Positions 37,502 through 47,843 of a stretch of 64,000 nt of DNA are shown here, one piece after another. The stretch covers positions 2,336,001 to 2,400,000 of the forward strand of contig CBDFLE010000006.1 of NCBI GenBank assembly GCA_965248925.1, given 5' to 3'. Both the position numbers and the translations under genes were made by a program. Positions within the stretch are counted from its first letter, which is position 1. Every line of letters begins with the position of its first letter. The notes below the pieces were generated by a model that made no database searches, was not told the origin of the DNA, and saw only the letters and a list, made by a program, of their open reading frames with translations. The stretch comes from Candidatus Multivoradales bacterium. Its GTDB lineage: Bacteria > Acidobacteriota > Thermoanaerobaculia > Multivoradales > J023.

Positions 37502-38329
37502 ATGCTCAAACGAATCCTGGTCGCTCTCGGCGGCACCCCCTACTCGCGCACCGCGATGCGCCGCGCAGTCGAGTTGGCCCAGAGTCACCACGCTACTGTC
37601 ACTTGCGTCACGGTCATCGACCAGGCGCGGATCGAGAAGGTCGGCAGCGTCCCGGCGGGCGGCGCCGCGGCAGCCAAAGAGCTGCGACTGCATCGCCGTC
37701 AGCGGGTCGAAGCGTCGATCGAGCAAGAGTTGGAACGCGCGGCTGAACTCTGCCAGCAAGCAAATATCGAATATCGCGAGGTGCGCGAGACCGGCAACAC
37801 CTTCAACGAGATGCGCTGCCTGTGGCGCTACCATGACCTAACCCTGATCGGTTTGCGCGGCCTATTCGACTATGGCGTGGTCAGCAACCCAGACGACGCG
37901 GTAGTCGAGTTGATAGCCAAAGGGGTGCGGCCGATTTTGGCGGTGGCCGAGAACTACCGCCCAGTGCATCGCGTCCTGGTGGCCTACAACGGCAGTATCG
38001 CATCCGCCCAGGCGATGAAGAGTTTCGTCCAAAAACGCCTTTGGCCCGACATCGAACTGCGCATCGTGGCTTTCCGCGGCGCGCGCAAGGAAGCCCCCCA
38101 GTTACTTGCCGACGCCGCCGCCTACTGCCGCGATCATGGTTACCACGTAGAAACCGACGTCATCGACCGCTCCGCCCGCGAGCACTTGGCAACCTACGCC
38201 GCCGGCTGGGACACCGACCTGATCGTAATGGGCTCCACCAGCCGCGCCCGCCTGTTCAAGCAAGTCCTCGGCGACACTGCCCTACGCATGCTACAAACTG
38301 CTGAGATCCCGCTCTTCCTGGCCCAGTGA
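37502..38329 (+). CDS. Universal stress protein, tandem USP domains
   Basis: MLKRILVAL..., RVLVAYNGS, DLIVMG...LGDT. Confidence 0.9.
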   Translation: MLKRILVALGGTPYSRTAMRRAVELAQSHHATVTCVTVIDQARIEKVGSVPAGGAAAAKELRLHRRQRVEASIEQELERAAELCQQANIEYREVRETGNTFNEMRCLWRYHDLTLIGLRGLFDYGVVSNPDDAVVELIAKGVRPILAVAENYRPVHRVLVAYNGSIASAQAMKSFVQKRLWPDIELRIVAFRGARKEAPQLLADAAAYCRDHGYHVETDVIDRSAREHLATYAAGWDTDLIVMGSTSRARLFKQVLGDTALRMLQTAEIPLFLAQ

Positions 38330-38423
38330 AGGTGAACCGACTCGAAGACTTGGTGCACGCCGAAAACGGCCGCGCTGAGGAGACTGAGCGCCTACTGTGC
38401 GATTGGCCCCTCTGACCGGCCGC

Positions 38424-39539
38424 TTATTGATCGATCGAGATCAACTCGACCTCGGCCTCATGCGGTTGCTCGCCGAGCAACATCGACAAGCGCACTCGAG
38501 TTCCGATCCCGGCCTTCTCGAAGGCGTAAATCAGGTCGTCTACGGTGTTGACCGGCTGGTCGTTGATGGCGACGATCTGATCGAAACTGCGGACGTAACC
38601 ACGGCGGCTGAGACGCAGTCCCTGCAAGCCCGCCGCGGCGGCCGGACTGCCCCGGTTGACCTCTTGAATCACCACCCCTTTGGCCCGCAACCGTCGTGCG
38701 GTAGCGTCTGGCAAGGCGATGAATCCAATGCCTGCCCCCACCGGCCGGCCTCGCTCGATGAGCTGCGGCACCAGCCGCTTGATGGTGTCCACCGGCACCG
38801 TGAAGCTGATCCCCGCCGACGCCCCGCTGGGGCTGTAAATCGCCGTATTGACGCCGATCAGGCGTCCCATGGAATCGAGCAAAGGGCCGCCTGAATTACC
38901 CGGATTGATCGCCGCGTCGGTTTGGATAACATCGCGGATCAGGCGGCCGCCGGGCGAACGCAGCTCGCGGCCGAGAGCGCTCACCACGCCGATGGTGAGA
39001 CTCTGATCGAGGCCAAATGGATTGCCAATCGCCAACACCCGCTGACCCACCAGCAAGGCGGACGAGGAGCCGATCTGCACCGGTCGTAAATGCTCCGCCG
39101 GCGCCTCGATGCGCAGCACCGCCAGATCTTTGTTGGGGGCTACCCCGACCAATTTGGCGTCCCATTCACTTTGGTCGGCCAAGATCACCGAAACCCGGTC
39201 AGCCTGACCGATCACATGGTAGTTGGTGACGATGTGTCCGGCAGTGTCCCAGACGAATCCGCTGCCGCTGCCGCGCGGGATCTCGAAGACGTTGAGTGAG
39301 AACCTGTCACGCCGCAAGGAGCTGGTGGTGATGTAGACCACGGAAGGTGCCACCTCACTGAAAACCTCGATGTCGCGACGCTCGCCAGCGCTCAAGTCGG
39401 TGGGCAGAGAGGCCTCGCCGGCATGGGCCGTTTGCTGGCTGATCGCCTCGCCATCTCCCCAGCCCAACAGCAACAAGGCACTCAACGACCCGGCTAAGAA
39501 AACCAGGGCCACTAGGATCAGGTTCGATAGCCTGCTCAT
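38424..39539 (-). CDS. HtrA/DegP-like S1C serine protease with one PDZ domain
   Basis: GSGF, TNYHV, DLAVL, QTDAAINPGNSGGPL. Confidence 0.95.
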   Translation of the reverse strand: MSRLSNLILVALVFLAGSLSALLLLGWGDGEAISQQTAHAGEASLPTDLSAGERRDIEVFSEVAPSVVYITTSSLRRDRFSLNVFEIPRGSGSGFVWDTAGHIVTNYHVIGQADRVSVILADQSEWDAKLVGVAPNKDLAVLRIEAPAEHLRPVQIGSSSALLVGQRVLAIGNPFGLDQSLTIGVVSALGRELRSPGGRLIRDVIQTDAAINPGNSGGPLLDSMGRLIGVNTAIYSPSGASAGISFTVPVDTIKRLVPQLIERGRPVGAGIGFIALPDATARRLRAKGVVIQEVNRGSPAAAAGLQGLRLSRRGYVRSFDQIVAINDQPVNTVDDLIYAFEKAGIGTRVRLSMLLGEQPHEAEVELISIDQ

Positions 39540-39558
39540 CAAAAGATGCTCCTCAAGA

Positions 39559-42500
39559 TCATTCTGGCAAATGCGACACCGCGCTGCTCAGCTGAGCGAC
39601 CGAGGCGTAGCGATCGGCCGGTTTCTTTGCTAACAAACGGCTGATGACTTCGACCCAGGGCGGCGGCAACTCGGGCCGAAAACCTAGGATGTCGGGCGGC
39701 TCTTCGTGCAGGTGCTTGAGCACCACCGCCGTCGTGCTGTCGCCCAGGAAGGGCTCGCGACCAGCGACCAGGGTGTAAGCGATCACCCCGAGAGCGTAGA
39801 GGTCGCTTGAACCACTGAGCGGGAGTCCTTGGATCTGCTCGGGAGACATGTACATCGGTGAGCCGACCACCTGGCCGGTACGGGTGAGGTTGGAGGGCCC
39901 CTCGCCCATCCGCGCGATTCCGAAATCCATCACTTTGGCACGGCCGTGGTGCAGAATCACGTTGCCGGGCTTGAGATCGCGATGCACCACTTCTAGTCGG
40001 TGGGCCTCGCCTAGAGCAGCACTAATCTCCAGCAAGAGGGCTTTGATGCGCCCCAAAGGCAGTGGCGCTTCGTCGCGTATCACCTGGTCCAGGCCGGGAC
40101 CGGCCAGCAGCTCCATGATGACGAACACACCGCCGGGAAAACGGCCGAAATCGTGGACTCGCACGAGGTTGGGGTGAGACAACTTGCGGCAGATTTGAAC
40201 TTCTCGCAGCAAGCGATCTTCGTCCGCTGAGCGACCGAAGGCCGGCGACAAGACGGTCTTGATCGCCACTTCTTCGTCGAGTTCACGATCGCGGGCTCGG
40301 TAGACCCGGCTCATGCCACCGCGACCGAGTTCACCGACAATCTCGTAACGGTCGGCCAGCACCTGGCCGGGCACCAAACCCACCGAGGACAACTCGGCCT
40401 TGAGCTGCTCGGCCGACGGGCGGCGCAGCGGATCGCCGGCCAGGCATTGGATCAGCACCCGGCGCAGGGCCGCGGGCGCCAGCTCTTCGACCTGCGGTGG
40501 CCAGCCCACCGTCTTGGGATCGAGCCGCTTCATCTCCAACCAACCAGCCGGCAGCTGGGCACGCAGCAACTCGGCACCGAGCAGCCCGAGGCTGAACATA
40601 TCGGTCGCCGGCCCGGCGGGAGCCTGATCTCGGGCCTCGGGCGCCAGGTAAGCCTGACCCGTGGTGTCGCGCGCGGAGAAAATCTCGGCCAAGCCAAAAC
40701 CCACTAATTTGCCGCGGCTGGCACTGTTGATCAAGATGGTGTTGGGCGACAGCCAATTGTGGGTTACCCCCATCCTGTGCGCTGCCGACAGTCCGTCTGA
40801 AAGCTGCACCAGCAGATTCAGCGCCGCCACTGGCGACAGCTTGCGGGTCGCCAGCACCCGGCTCAATGGCTTGCCCGGGAAAGGCTCGAAGAGCAGCAAA
40901 ACTCGATCCTCGGTAATCACCGTCTCCTCGAGCTTGAGGATTGTTGGCAATCTTAGCGCGCTGATCCGCGACATCTCCCGGCGGAAAGCGTCACGCTGAC
41001 CGAGGGACAACTCGGCGAGAGCGAAACTCAGCAGATGAATATGCTTCTGAGAACGCTGGTCGAGGGCCTTCGAAACCTCGATGCCGGGCCACCAAGCAGG
41101 CTGGGACTTTTCAATCTCAAAAGGCAAGGAGCCGGTCCCGGCACGCAGGGTGGTGCTCGACATGGAGGCCGTGGACTGCGGCCGGCTCGGCGCCTCATTC
41201 AAAGCCATCAGCTCGACTGCCTGCGCCATCAGCTCGTCCGCCGATACCACCGGTACCTCCAAGGTGTCGCGCAACGAGCCGGTGCGGGTCTCATCGAGCT
41301 GACGTTTAACCGCCTTCAGCCGCCGCGAGACATCGCGGAAACCAGGTTGCATGCGGGCAGCTTTTTCGAGCAGTTCACGGGCCTGTTCCCAATGCTCCTG
41401 GCGATCTTCAATGCGAGCTCGCCAGTAGACGCATTCGATCCGCGGCACGTCAGCGATCGAATCGCTGGCCTCGGCTGCCTCCAGGCGCTCAGCCGCGGCG
41501 GCAGCTTCGTCAGCATGCAGCAGGAGGGGAATCAACAGCACACAGGCTTTGGCGTAGTTGGCACTGTGCGCACCCACACACTCAAGAGCACCGCGGGCCG
41601 ACGGTCGCACACCGGCCTTGAGATAGCGCTCGGCAGCTTTGAGGAAGAACTGCGAATTGGCCAACGAATCGGCCGCGGCTTGGTAGGCATTGCCCGCCTC
41701 TTCATGGTCACCCGCCTGAGTGAAGGCTTCCGCCGCCCCTTCGTGCTGACCGGCCATCGCCAGACAGCGGGCTGCATCGCGGTAGCGCCTGAGCCGCAAG
41801 TAGAGATCGGCGGCGCGGTCGAGCACTTCGGCCCGTTCCCAGATAGCGGCGGCCTTGGCCCACTGCTCGGCGGCTTCGAAAGCTTCTGCAGCTTCCGGCA
41901 GGCTTTCAGCGACAAGCAACAGCTCGCCAGCATCTTGGTAGCGGCCAGAGCGGCGCAGAATCCGCGCGTGCAAGTCCGTGTCAAGGTCTTTGGCGCGCTC
42001 GGCGGCATGCAAGGCTGTCTCGGCTTCGCCGGCTTCGAGAAAAGCCGCGGCCGCTTCTGCAAAACGGCCGGCGCGCTCGAACGCCAGGCCGGCCCGTTTC
42101 GCTAAACCACACTCGCGCAGCAACTCACCGGCTTCGCCGTGGCGACCGAATTTGCGCAGTAGATCAACCCGGTGCAGGTCTAAACGGCGGATTTCGGCCA
42201 CCTGGGCCCGGTCCCTGGCTCCAGTCTTGGCTTTGAGTTCGGTGGATTGGCGCTCCCAGGCGCGCAGCGCTCGCTCCATGTCGCCCGCGCTGGCGAAGCA
42301 CTCGGCAGCCCGACCGTGGATACCCGCCTGCTCGTAAAGACGCCCAGCTCGCAATGGCTGCTGCGCCTGCAGGCAGGCGTCGGCCGCTTGTCGATAAGCG
42401 CCGGCGGTCTCGAAGCTGGTACTGGCCTCGCGGTGTTTGCCTTGGGTCACCAACAGCTCACCGGCTTCGAGATTCATCCCGGCATCGGCAAACACCGCCA

Positions 42501-42672
42501 GGGCCTTGGCGGTTCTTCCCAGTTGTTGGTAGATCTTGGCGCTCTGATGGAAGTGACCGCCCTTGCGATAGAGCTCGGCCGCCTTCTCTAGCTGACCACG
42601 CTGAAAGCACAGGTCCGCGGAGCGCTCGTAATCGCGACCGAACAACGAGCCCAAGATAGATTTAGAGGCCAC
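39559..42672 (-). CDS. Cytoplasmic Ser/Thr protein kinase: TPR/SNAP-like repeats, pseudokinase, then kinase
   Basis: N-terminal AA(E/D)x(Y/F)xxAG repeats. Domain 1 has HNWLSPN and GFG. Domain 2 has GRGGMSRV, VAIK, HRDLKPGN, DFG and YMSPE. Confidence 0.92.
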   Translation of the reverse strand: MASKSILGSLFGRDYERSADLCFQRGQLEKAAELYRKGGHFHQSAKIYQQLGRTAKALAVFADAGMNLEAGELLVTQGKHREASTSFETAGAYRQAADACLQAQQPLRAGRLYEQAGIHGRAAECFASAGDMERALRAWERQSTELKAKTGARDRAQVAEIRRLDLHRVDLLRKFGRHGEAGELLRECGLAKRAGLAFERAGRFAEAAAAFLEAGEAETALHAAERAKDLDTDLHARILRRSGRYQDAGELLLVAESLPEAAEAFEAAEQWAKAAAIWERAEVLDRAADLYLRLRRYRDAARCLAMAGQHEGAAEAFTQAGDHEEAGNAYQAAADSLANSQFFLKAAERYLKAGVRPSARGALECVGAHSANYAKACVLLIPLLLHADEAAAAAERLEAAEASDSIADVPRIECVYWRARIEDRQEHWEQARELLEKAARMQPGFRDVSRRLKAVKRQLDETRTGSLRDTLEVPVVSADELMAQAVELMALNEAPSRPQSTASMSSTTLRAGTGSLPFEIEKSQPAWWPGIEVSKALDQRSQKHIHLLSFALAELSLGQRDAFRREMSRISALRLPTILKLEETVITEDRVLLLFEPFPGKPLSRVLATRKLSPVAALNLLVQLSDGLSAAHRMGVTHNWLSPNTILINSASRGKLVGFGLAEIFSARDTTGQAYLAPEARDQAPAGPATDMFSLGLLGAELLRAQLPAGWLEMKRLDPKTVGWPPQVEELAPAALRRVLIQCLAGDPLRRPSAEQLKAELSSVGLVPGQVLADRYEIVGELGRGGMSRVYRARDRELDEEVAIKTVLSPAFGRSADEDRLLREVQICRKLSHPNLVRVHDFGRFPGGVFVIMELLAGPGLDQVIRDEAPLPLGRIKALLLEISAALGEAHRLEVVHRDLKPGNVILHHGRAKVMDFGIARMGEGPSNLTRTGQVVGSPMYMSPEQIQGLPLSGSSDLYALGVIAYTLVAGREPFLGDSTTAVVLKHLHEEPPDILGFRPELPPPWVEVISRLLAKKPADRYASVAQLSSAVSHLPE

Positions 42673-42754
42673 GGAGTTATTTTACTAGACAATGCAGCCA
42701 CCCTGGGGAAGGTGGCCGCGAGGAAATGACCCAGCAATTTGCAGGCCGCAAGGA

Positions 42755-43858
42755 TCAACGCGAACGACGGTAGGCCATCGCTTCGGACACCCGCTGCTTG
42801 GCCAACGACAGAGCCGCTTCGGCAGGGATCTGGCTGTGCGCCTTGGCCAGCTCTAGAACCTCTGCGGTATTCTCCTTGATCTTCTCTTCGATGGTCTCGA
42901 AAGCCTGCTTCTGAGTGCCTCCCCGATACTCGACCGAAGCACAGATCACGCCGCCGGCATTGGCCACCACGTCCGGCACCGAGAGAATGCCGCGGTCGTG
43001 CAAGATACGATCTGCACGCGGCGTCACCGGAATGTTAGCGCCTTGCAGAATCACCTTCGTGTTGAGCCGCGGCGCGACCGTTTCGTCGACCACGTCGGGA
43101 CGGGCTGCTGGTACGAAGATGTCGCAAGGCAGATCGATCCAAGCATCGATCGCCAGCTTCTTACCGCCTTCGTATTCGGTCACCCGGCCGGTTTCGGCCT
43201 TGCTCTCGATCAGCCGTTCGACATCCAGTCCGGCGGGATCATAGATCGTCCCATCCAAGTCGCTAGCAGCGACCAAGACAGCTCCACGCTGCGCCAGATA
43301 GCGCGCCGCGTGGGTGCCCACGTTGCCGAACCCCTGGACGATCACCCGAGCGCCCTCGAGGGTCAGGTCAGCAAAATGCTCCACCACCTCGGCACAGATC
43401 GCCAAGCCAAAACCAGTGGCGCCGATCTGATCCAGAGGAATGCCCCCGAGCACCTTCGACAGGCCCACCGAGCGGCCGATCTCGTCACGCACCCAAGCCA
43501 TGGAAACCTCGTCGGTACCCATGTCGGGACCCGGAATATAGCCCTCGAGGCGCTCGATGGCCCGAGCGAACTGACGGATCAAGGTCTCTTTGTTGGGGGC
43601 CGACGGGTGTGCCAGTATTCCCGATTTGCCGCCACCGTGGGGAATTCCCGCCAAAGCGTTCTTCCAAGTCATCGCCCGAGCCAAGCGAAAGACTTCGTCA
43701 ACCGATACATCCGGCGCCATGCGAATACCGCCAATCGCCGGACCCGCGGAGACGTTGTCGATAACGACGATCCCCTTCAATCCACTGCGGGGCTCGTAGA
43801 TGTGGACTATTTTTTCCGGACCGTATTCGTCCGCAAACCGATCAAATGCATCGAGCAT
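42755..43858 (-). CDS. Glu/Leu/Phe/Val dehydrogenase
   Basis: GGIR, MTWK, GGGKS, PGPDMGT, GFGNVG, GAN, PDVVANAGGV. ATG 43858 follows GGGAG. Confidence 0.94.
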   Translation of the reverse strand: MLDAFDRFADEYGPEKIVHIYEPRSGLKGIVVIDNVSAGPAIGGIRMAPDVSVDEVFRLARAMTWKNALAGIPHGGGKSGILAHPSAPNKETLIRQFARAIERLEGYIPGPDMGTDEVSMAWVRDEIGRSVGLSKVLGGIPLDQIGATGFGLAICAEVVEHFADLTLEGARVIVQGFGNVGTHAARYLAQRGAVLVAASDLDGTIYDPAGLDVERLIESKAETGRVTEYEGGKKLAIDAWIDLPCDIFVPAARPDVVDETVAPRLNTKVILQGANIPVTPRADRILHDRGILSVPDVVANAGGVICASVEYRGGTQKQAFETIEEKIKENTAEVLELAKAHSQIPAEAALSLAKQRVSEAMAYRRSR

Positions 43859-44046
43859 GTCGAGGTCTCCCTCTAGTCTTACCTGAGCCACCCCTGAAAA
43901 TGAGGTGGCCCGCAGCTCAGATCCCCCTCCGGGGCCCGGACGCAGGGATCGAAATCAAGTGATATCGCGATGGACGGCCGCGCTCCTCAACCTCTGTGCG
44001 CGGCCGCTGAGGGCCGGCACCGGTTGCAGCAAGGCTTGGTTGTCCG

Positions 44047-44084
44047 CTCTAGTGTTGCCGTAGAACTCTAGTGTTGCCGTAGAA
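44047..44084. repeat. Perfect 19-bp tandem duplication
   Basis: ctctagtgttgccgtagaa twice, in a divergent intergenic region. Confidence 0.95.
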
Positions 44085-44302
44085 ACAGCGTGGCCCGCAA
44101 CGACCGAACCCTGGGGCCCCTCGATCCACACCGCCGACTTGCTCTCTTACCAATCTTTCGGTCGACGTCAAACCGGGCGCTGATCTGTGCTCGACCGGCC
44201 GCTCACAGTAACAGCTTTACGGGCGCCGCGCGGCCCTGGCCGTGCTCTGAGTTGTGGTACAAGAAGCAAGCCACTCCATCTGACGCCCGACGAGGAGAGC
44301 CG

Positions 44303-44962
44303 ATGCCCAGAACCCGACTGCTCGACCGCCTGGAGATTCGCATCCTGGGGGCGCTGCTCGAGAAAGAGCAAACCACTCCGGACTACTACCCGCTGACCCT
44401 GAAAGCGCTGCGGGCGGCCTGCAACCAGAAGAGCAACCGCGAGCCGGTGATGGAGCTTAGCGAAAACGAGCTTCGCGACAGCGTCGAAGGTCTACAGCAG
44501 GACGTGCTGGTGTGGCGTAGTGCCGGCGCCCGCTCGGCCCGTTTCCAACATTCCCTCGATCGGCGCTGGGACTTGCAGCCGGCCTCCAAAGCGGTGATCA
44601 CCCTACTTCTGTTGCGCGGCCCGCAAACCGCTGGCGAGCTGCGCGCCCGCAGTGAGCGTCTGCACCCATTCGCCAATGTCGACGAAGTAGAACAAACCCT
44701 GGCGGTAATGGCCGGCGGCTTCGATGCTCTGGTGCGCGAGTTGCCCCGCCAAGCCGGCAAACGCGAGATCCGCTGGATCCACTTGCTAGCCGACGACGAA
44801 GCAGCCGCCGAAATCGCGGCCGCCACACCCGCGGCGTCGACCTCCCCCGGCCCGAGCCGCGGCGCCAGCAGCTCGCGCCTCGACCTCTTGGAAACCACCG
44901 TCGAGGAACTGCGCGCCGAAGTCGCCGAATTGCGCGGCCGCTTGGACGAACTCGGCGGCTAG
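44303..44962 (+). CDS. yceH: YceH (DUF480/UPF0502) family protein
   Basis: EKEQTTPDYYPLTL, ACNQKSNREPVM, LLLRGPQTAGELR, C-terminal coiled coil. GGAG RBS before ATG 44303. Confidence 0.92.
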   Translation: MPRTRLLDRLEIRILGALLEKEQTTPDYYPLTLKALRAACNQKSNREPVMELSENELRDSVEGLQQDVLVWRSAGARSARFQHSLDRRWDLQPASKAVITLLLLRGPQTAGELRARSERLHPFANVDEVEQTLAVMAGGFDALVRELPRQAGKREIRWIHLLADDEAAAEIAAATPAASTSPGPSRGASSSRLDLLETTVEELRAEVAELRGRLDELGG

Positions 44963-45357
44963 CCGCCTTCTCTCGCCAAGTTTCGACCGGACCGTCAAGC
45001 CTCCCGGCTCCTTCGCTAGTCGGGCCGGACTTGGGCCATCTATGCGGTTCGCCAAGGCTCGGCGCCCGTGTCCACCGCCGGCGCCGGCCAGGGCCAAACA
45101 AGGTTGGTGTACACGCATGGAGTCAACTGCTCCAGAGCCGCCACACCGCACAGACAGACTGACAATCTGCTGAGCGAAATGCACATGCAAGCTGCACATC
45201 CAAGCGTAGCGAAAGGACCGCGGGCCAGAGCAGCCAAAGAGAAGCCACACACCTAGGCGAAAAGGCTAATTGTTCTGCTAAAGTTGGCCGCGAAGTCGGC
45301 AAGCCATTGCAATTCAGGGGAGGGTCACCTTAAAGCTCGACCAGCACCATTCCATGC

Positions 45358-46425
45358 TTGAGAAAGCCGCGCAGGGGAGCCGGAAGCCGGCAGAAGATCC
45401 GGCGCGACAAGAAGAAGCTCAACAGCAAGCTCAAGCCGCTGCTAGAGCGTCTAGAGAAAGAGCTTTTTGTGCCCGGCCTGGACGCCGCTCAGCTGCGGCT
45501 GGCCTGCGGTATCAAGGATCGCACGGTAGGCAGCGAGTTTGGCCGCGCGGTGGGGGTGCCGCTGAGGGCCTATATGGAAGACTGCCGGTTGGAGACTGCT
45601 GTTCAGCTACTGCGTCACCAAGATCTTCAGATCTGTGAGATCAGCGAGCTGCTGGGCTACGCCAGAGTGTCGTCCTTTAGCCGCGCCTTCAAGCGTTGGA
45701 GCAGTTTGCAGCCAGGCGACTTCCGGCGTCTGCTGCAAGCCGACTCACCACTGGCGAGCGTGCCTGGCGACGAGCTGCTGACCAGCCCGTTCTGGTACGC
45801 AGCGATGCTCGGCGAACTCGATACGGAGCAAAGGTATCATTTCTGCCGCCATGTGCAGGCGCTCTACCCGCAGTTCCTGCAGCTAGCCACCAGGGTGCCG
45901 GAAAACGACTCTGAGCCACCACCAGAGCGCATTGACGGGCGCCAGTACGAGCGCTTCAAGGCCGCGGAGAAGTGGCAAGAGATCGCCGATCTACCCCAGA
46001 AAGAGCAGCGCCTGCGCGTGCTGGGGGTGCAATTTCGCACGCCGGAGTTCTTCGACCTTCTGCTGCGCAAGAGCCGTGAGGAAGGGCGGAAAGACCGACA
46101 GCGAGGGGTCGAGATCGCCCTCCTGGCCCTCGACACCGTCGACGCCAGCACCGGTCTGCTAGAAGGCGACACGGCGGAGTTGCACGCCAGGGCCTGGGCC
46201 TGGGTAGGCAACGCCCACCGCCTGGCGCTCAATTTTTCCGGCGCCGAACAAGCCTTCGACCGCGCGGAACTCGACTTGGCGGCGCGATTCGCCGGCCAAT
46301 CGCTCTTCGCCAAGGCCGAGATCTCCCTCTGCCGCGCCGGCCTCCGCCTCGATCAGCGACGGTTCGAGGAGGCCGGTCATAAGGTGCCTGGTACTTCTTC
46401 TCGGCACTTCTTCTCGGGTGCATGA
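45358..46425 (+). CDS. AraC-type HTH plus TPR-like protein, apparently 3'-truncated by a repeat
   Basis: EISELLGY...FSRAFKRW HTH and TPR-like ARAWAWVGNAHR..AEQAF. The final residues GHKVPGTSSRHFFS are translated repeat DNA. Confidence 0.75.
   Translation: MRKPRRGAGSRQKIRRDKKKLNSKLKPLLERLEKELFVPGLDAAQLRLACGIKDRTVGSEFGRAVGVPLRAYMEDCRLETAVQLLRHQDLQICEISELLGYARVSSFSRAFKRWSSLQPGDFRRLLQADSPLASVPGDELLTSPFWYAAMLGELDTEQRYHFCRHVQALYPQFLQLATRVPENDSEPPPERIDGRQYERFKAAEKWQEIADLPQKEQRLRVLGVQFRTPEFFDLLLRKSREEGRKDRQRGVEIALLALDTVDASTGLLEGDTAELHARAWAWVGNAHRLALNFSGAEQAFDRAELDLAARFAGQSLFAKAEISLCRAGLRLDQRRFEEAGHKVPGTSSRHFFSGA
46371..46417 (+). repeat. Dispersed repeat copy R1
   Basis: ggccggtcataaggtgcctggtacttcttctcggcacttcttctcgg. 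Confidence 0.95.
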
Positions 46426-46489
46426 CCCGGCTGCCCTCTTGGATTTTGGGGAACCTTAGCGAGAATCCGGCCTTTTGCACATGCGAAAT

Positions 46490-46523
46490 GGCCGGTCATA
46501 AGGTGCCTGGCACTTCTTCTTGG
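46490..46523 (+). repeat. Dispersed repeat copy R2
   Basis: ggccggtcataaggtgcctggcacttcttcttgg. Confidence 0.95.
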
Positions 46524-46532
46524 GGCGGATTG

Positions 46533-46568
46533 AGCAGAAGACCAATTTGACAATTCTTCTGCTAGAAT
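46533..46568 (+). promoter_or_regulatory. Extended -10 promoter overlapped by a 9-bp inverted repeat
   Basis: AGCAGAAGA-N13-TCTTCTGCT (46533-46563) and TGcTAGAAT (46560-46568), upstream of 46650. Confidence 0.45.
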
Positions 46569-46649
46569 CGCCCTCAGAAAGGCGAGTAGGCTCGCCCAAT
46601 CGCCGACTGGGAATCGACGAATGAAGGTAACCAGGGAGGAATCAAGAAA

Positions 46650-47843
46650 ATGAAGTACAAGACCCTCACTCTGCCAGCGCTGGTCTGGGCACTGACCCTG
46701 CCGGCGAGCTGGGCACAGACGGACGTATCCGAATCGCCAGGCGTGGTGGTTCACAAAGACGACAAACGCCAGATTACACGGATCGAGAAAGCCAACGATA
46801 TTACTGATTTCACTTACGACATCGCTGGAACTCTGCTCCAGAAAAACAGCACAAGATTTGGCATTACAGACTTCACCTACGTTCCAAGTAAGTCGACCGG
46901 CCCTTTTGCCCGCCGCCGAACTTCGAAGCAGACCAGTGAGCTTGGAACCTGGGAACGAACTTCAGTCTATGACCAAGAGGGCCAAAAGGCTCTCAACCTC
47001 GAAGGCTTCGACAGCACTACGTTGTCCCTTGTCGCAGATCGCCTACAGCCATACTGGTGGCCGGCCGGGCTTCGAGCAACAGACATCGAGAGTATGGACC
47101 CGATTCAAGGGGAGGATTTTGCGTCTATCTCTTTCTCCGAGGACGAAGATGGCACTGAGGTTCAGCGCATCAGGGTTTTCGATCAACAAATGGAGATCAG
47201 AGCGCGCTGGCTCGACAAAGATCGCCAGCGCCGGGAAGTCCGTGACGATGCTGGCGGCAAGCGAGTTGAGATCTGGTCTAACAACCGCACTTTGTTGAAA
47301 GCATACGACGATTTCGGCCCCCTCATCGAGGCCGAACTAGATGGCCACGGACGGCCTTATCGGGTGATCATTGGGGGCAACACAGTCCTGCGGTTTGAGT
47401 TTGAGAAAGGCAGCAGAGAATGGAAGGTAAGGCATGTCACCGACTTGATCGATGGTGAACTTGTAGGTACGTGGCGAAGACCGGACGATTTCGACAGTCT
47501 TGGCGATGCCCAGCTACCTGGAAGAAGAGCCCTGGCCTTTCTTCCAGGGTCGATACCCATCGCTGAATGGGACAGTGACCTGTGGGCTGAAGGCGCCATC
47601 CAGATCCGCCGCGACGGCGCGCCGTATGCGCTGATCCCCTTTGATGGACACGGAGAACTCTGGAGATCGATCTCAACAATGTTCAAAGGAGTTATCGATC
47701 GAGATCGCATCGACTACACAGATTCGCAAATCCGCATCCTGCTCTCACTGGGCACGTCATCCATCGCTGCCGGGAGCGAAGTGGTCATCCTGCTTGAGCG
47801 GGAGCGCCAACTCTCCCCACCGACCGAAGCAGCAGGCCAGTGA
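46650..47843 (+). CDS. Secreted YD/RHS-repeat-like protein
   Basis: Signal peptide (ASWA-Q) and YD-like repeats (TDFTYDIAG, SVYDQEGQ, AYDDFG, LDGHGR). GGAGG RBS. Confidence 0.7.
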   Translation: MKYKTLTLPALVWALTLPASWAQTDVSESPGVVVHKDDKRQITRIEKANDITDFTYDIAGTLLQKNSTRFGITDFTYVPSKSTGPFARRRTSKQTSELGTWERTSVYDQEGQKALNLEGFDSTTLSLVADRLQPYWWPAGLRATDIESMDPIQGEDFASISFSEDEDGTEVQRIRVFDQQMEIRARWLDKDRQRREVRDDAGGKRVEIWSNNRTLLKAYDDFGPLIEAELDGHGRPYRVIIGGNTVLRFEFEKGSREWKVRHVTDLIDGELVGTWRRPDDFDSLGDAQLPGRRALAFLPGSIPIAEWDSDLWAEGAIQIRRDGAPYALIPFDGHGELWRSISTMFKGVIDRDRIDYTDSQIRILLSLGTSSIAAGSEVVILLERERQLSPPTEAAGQ

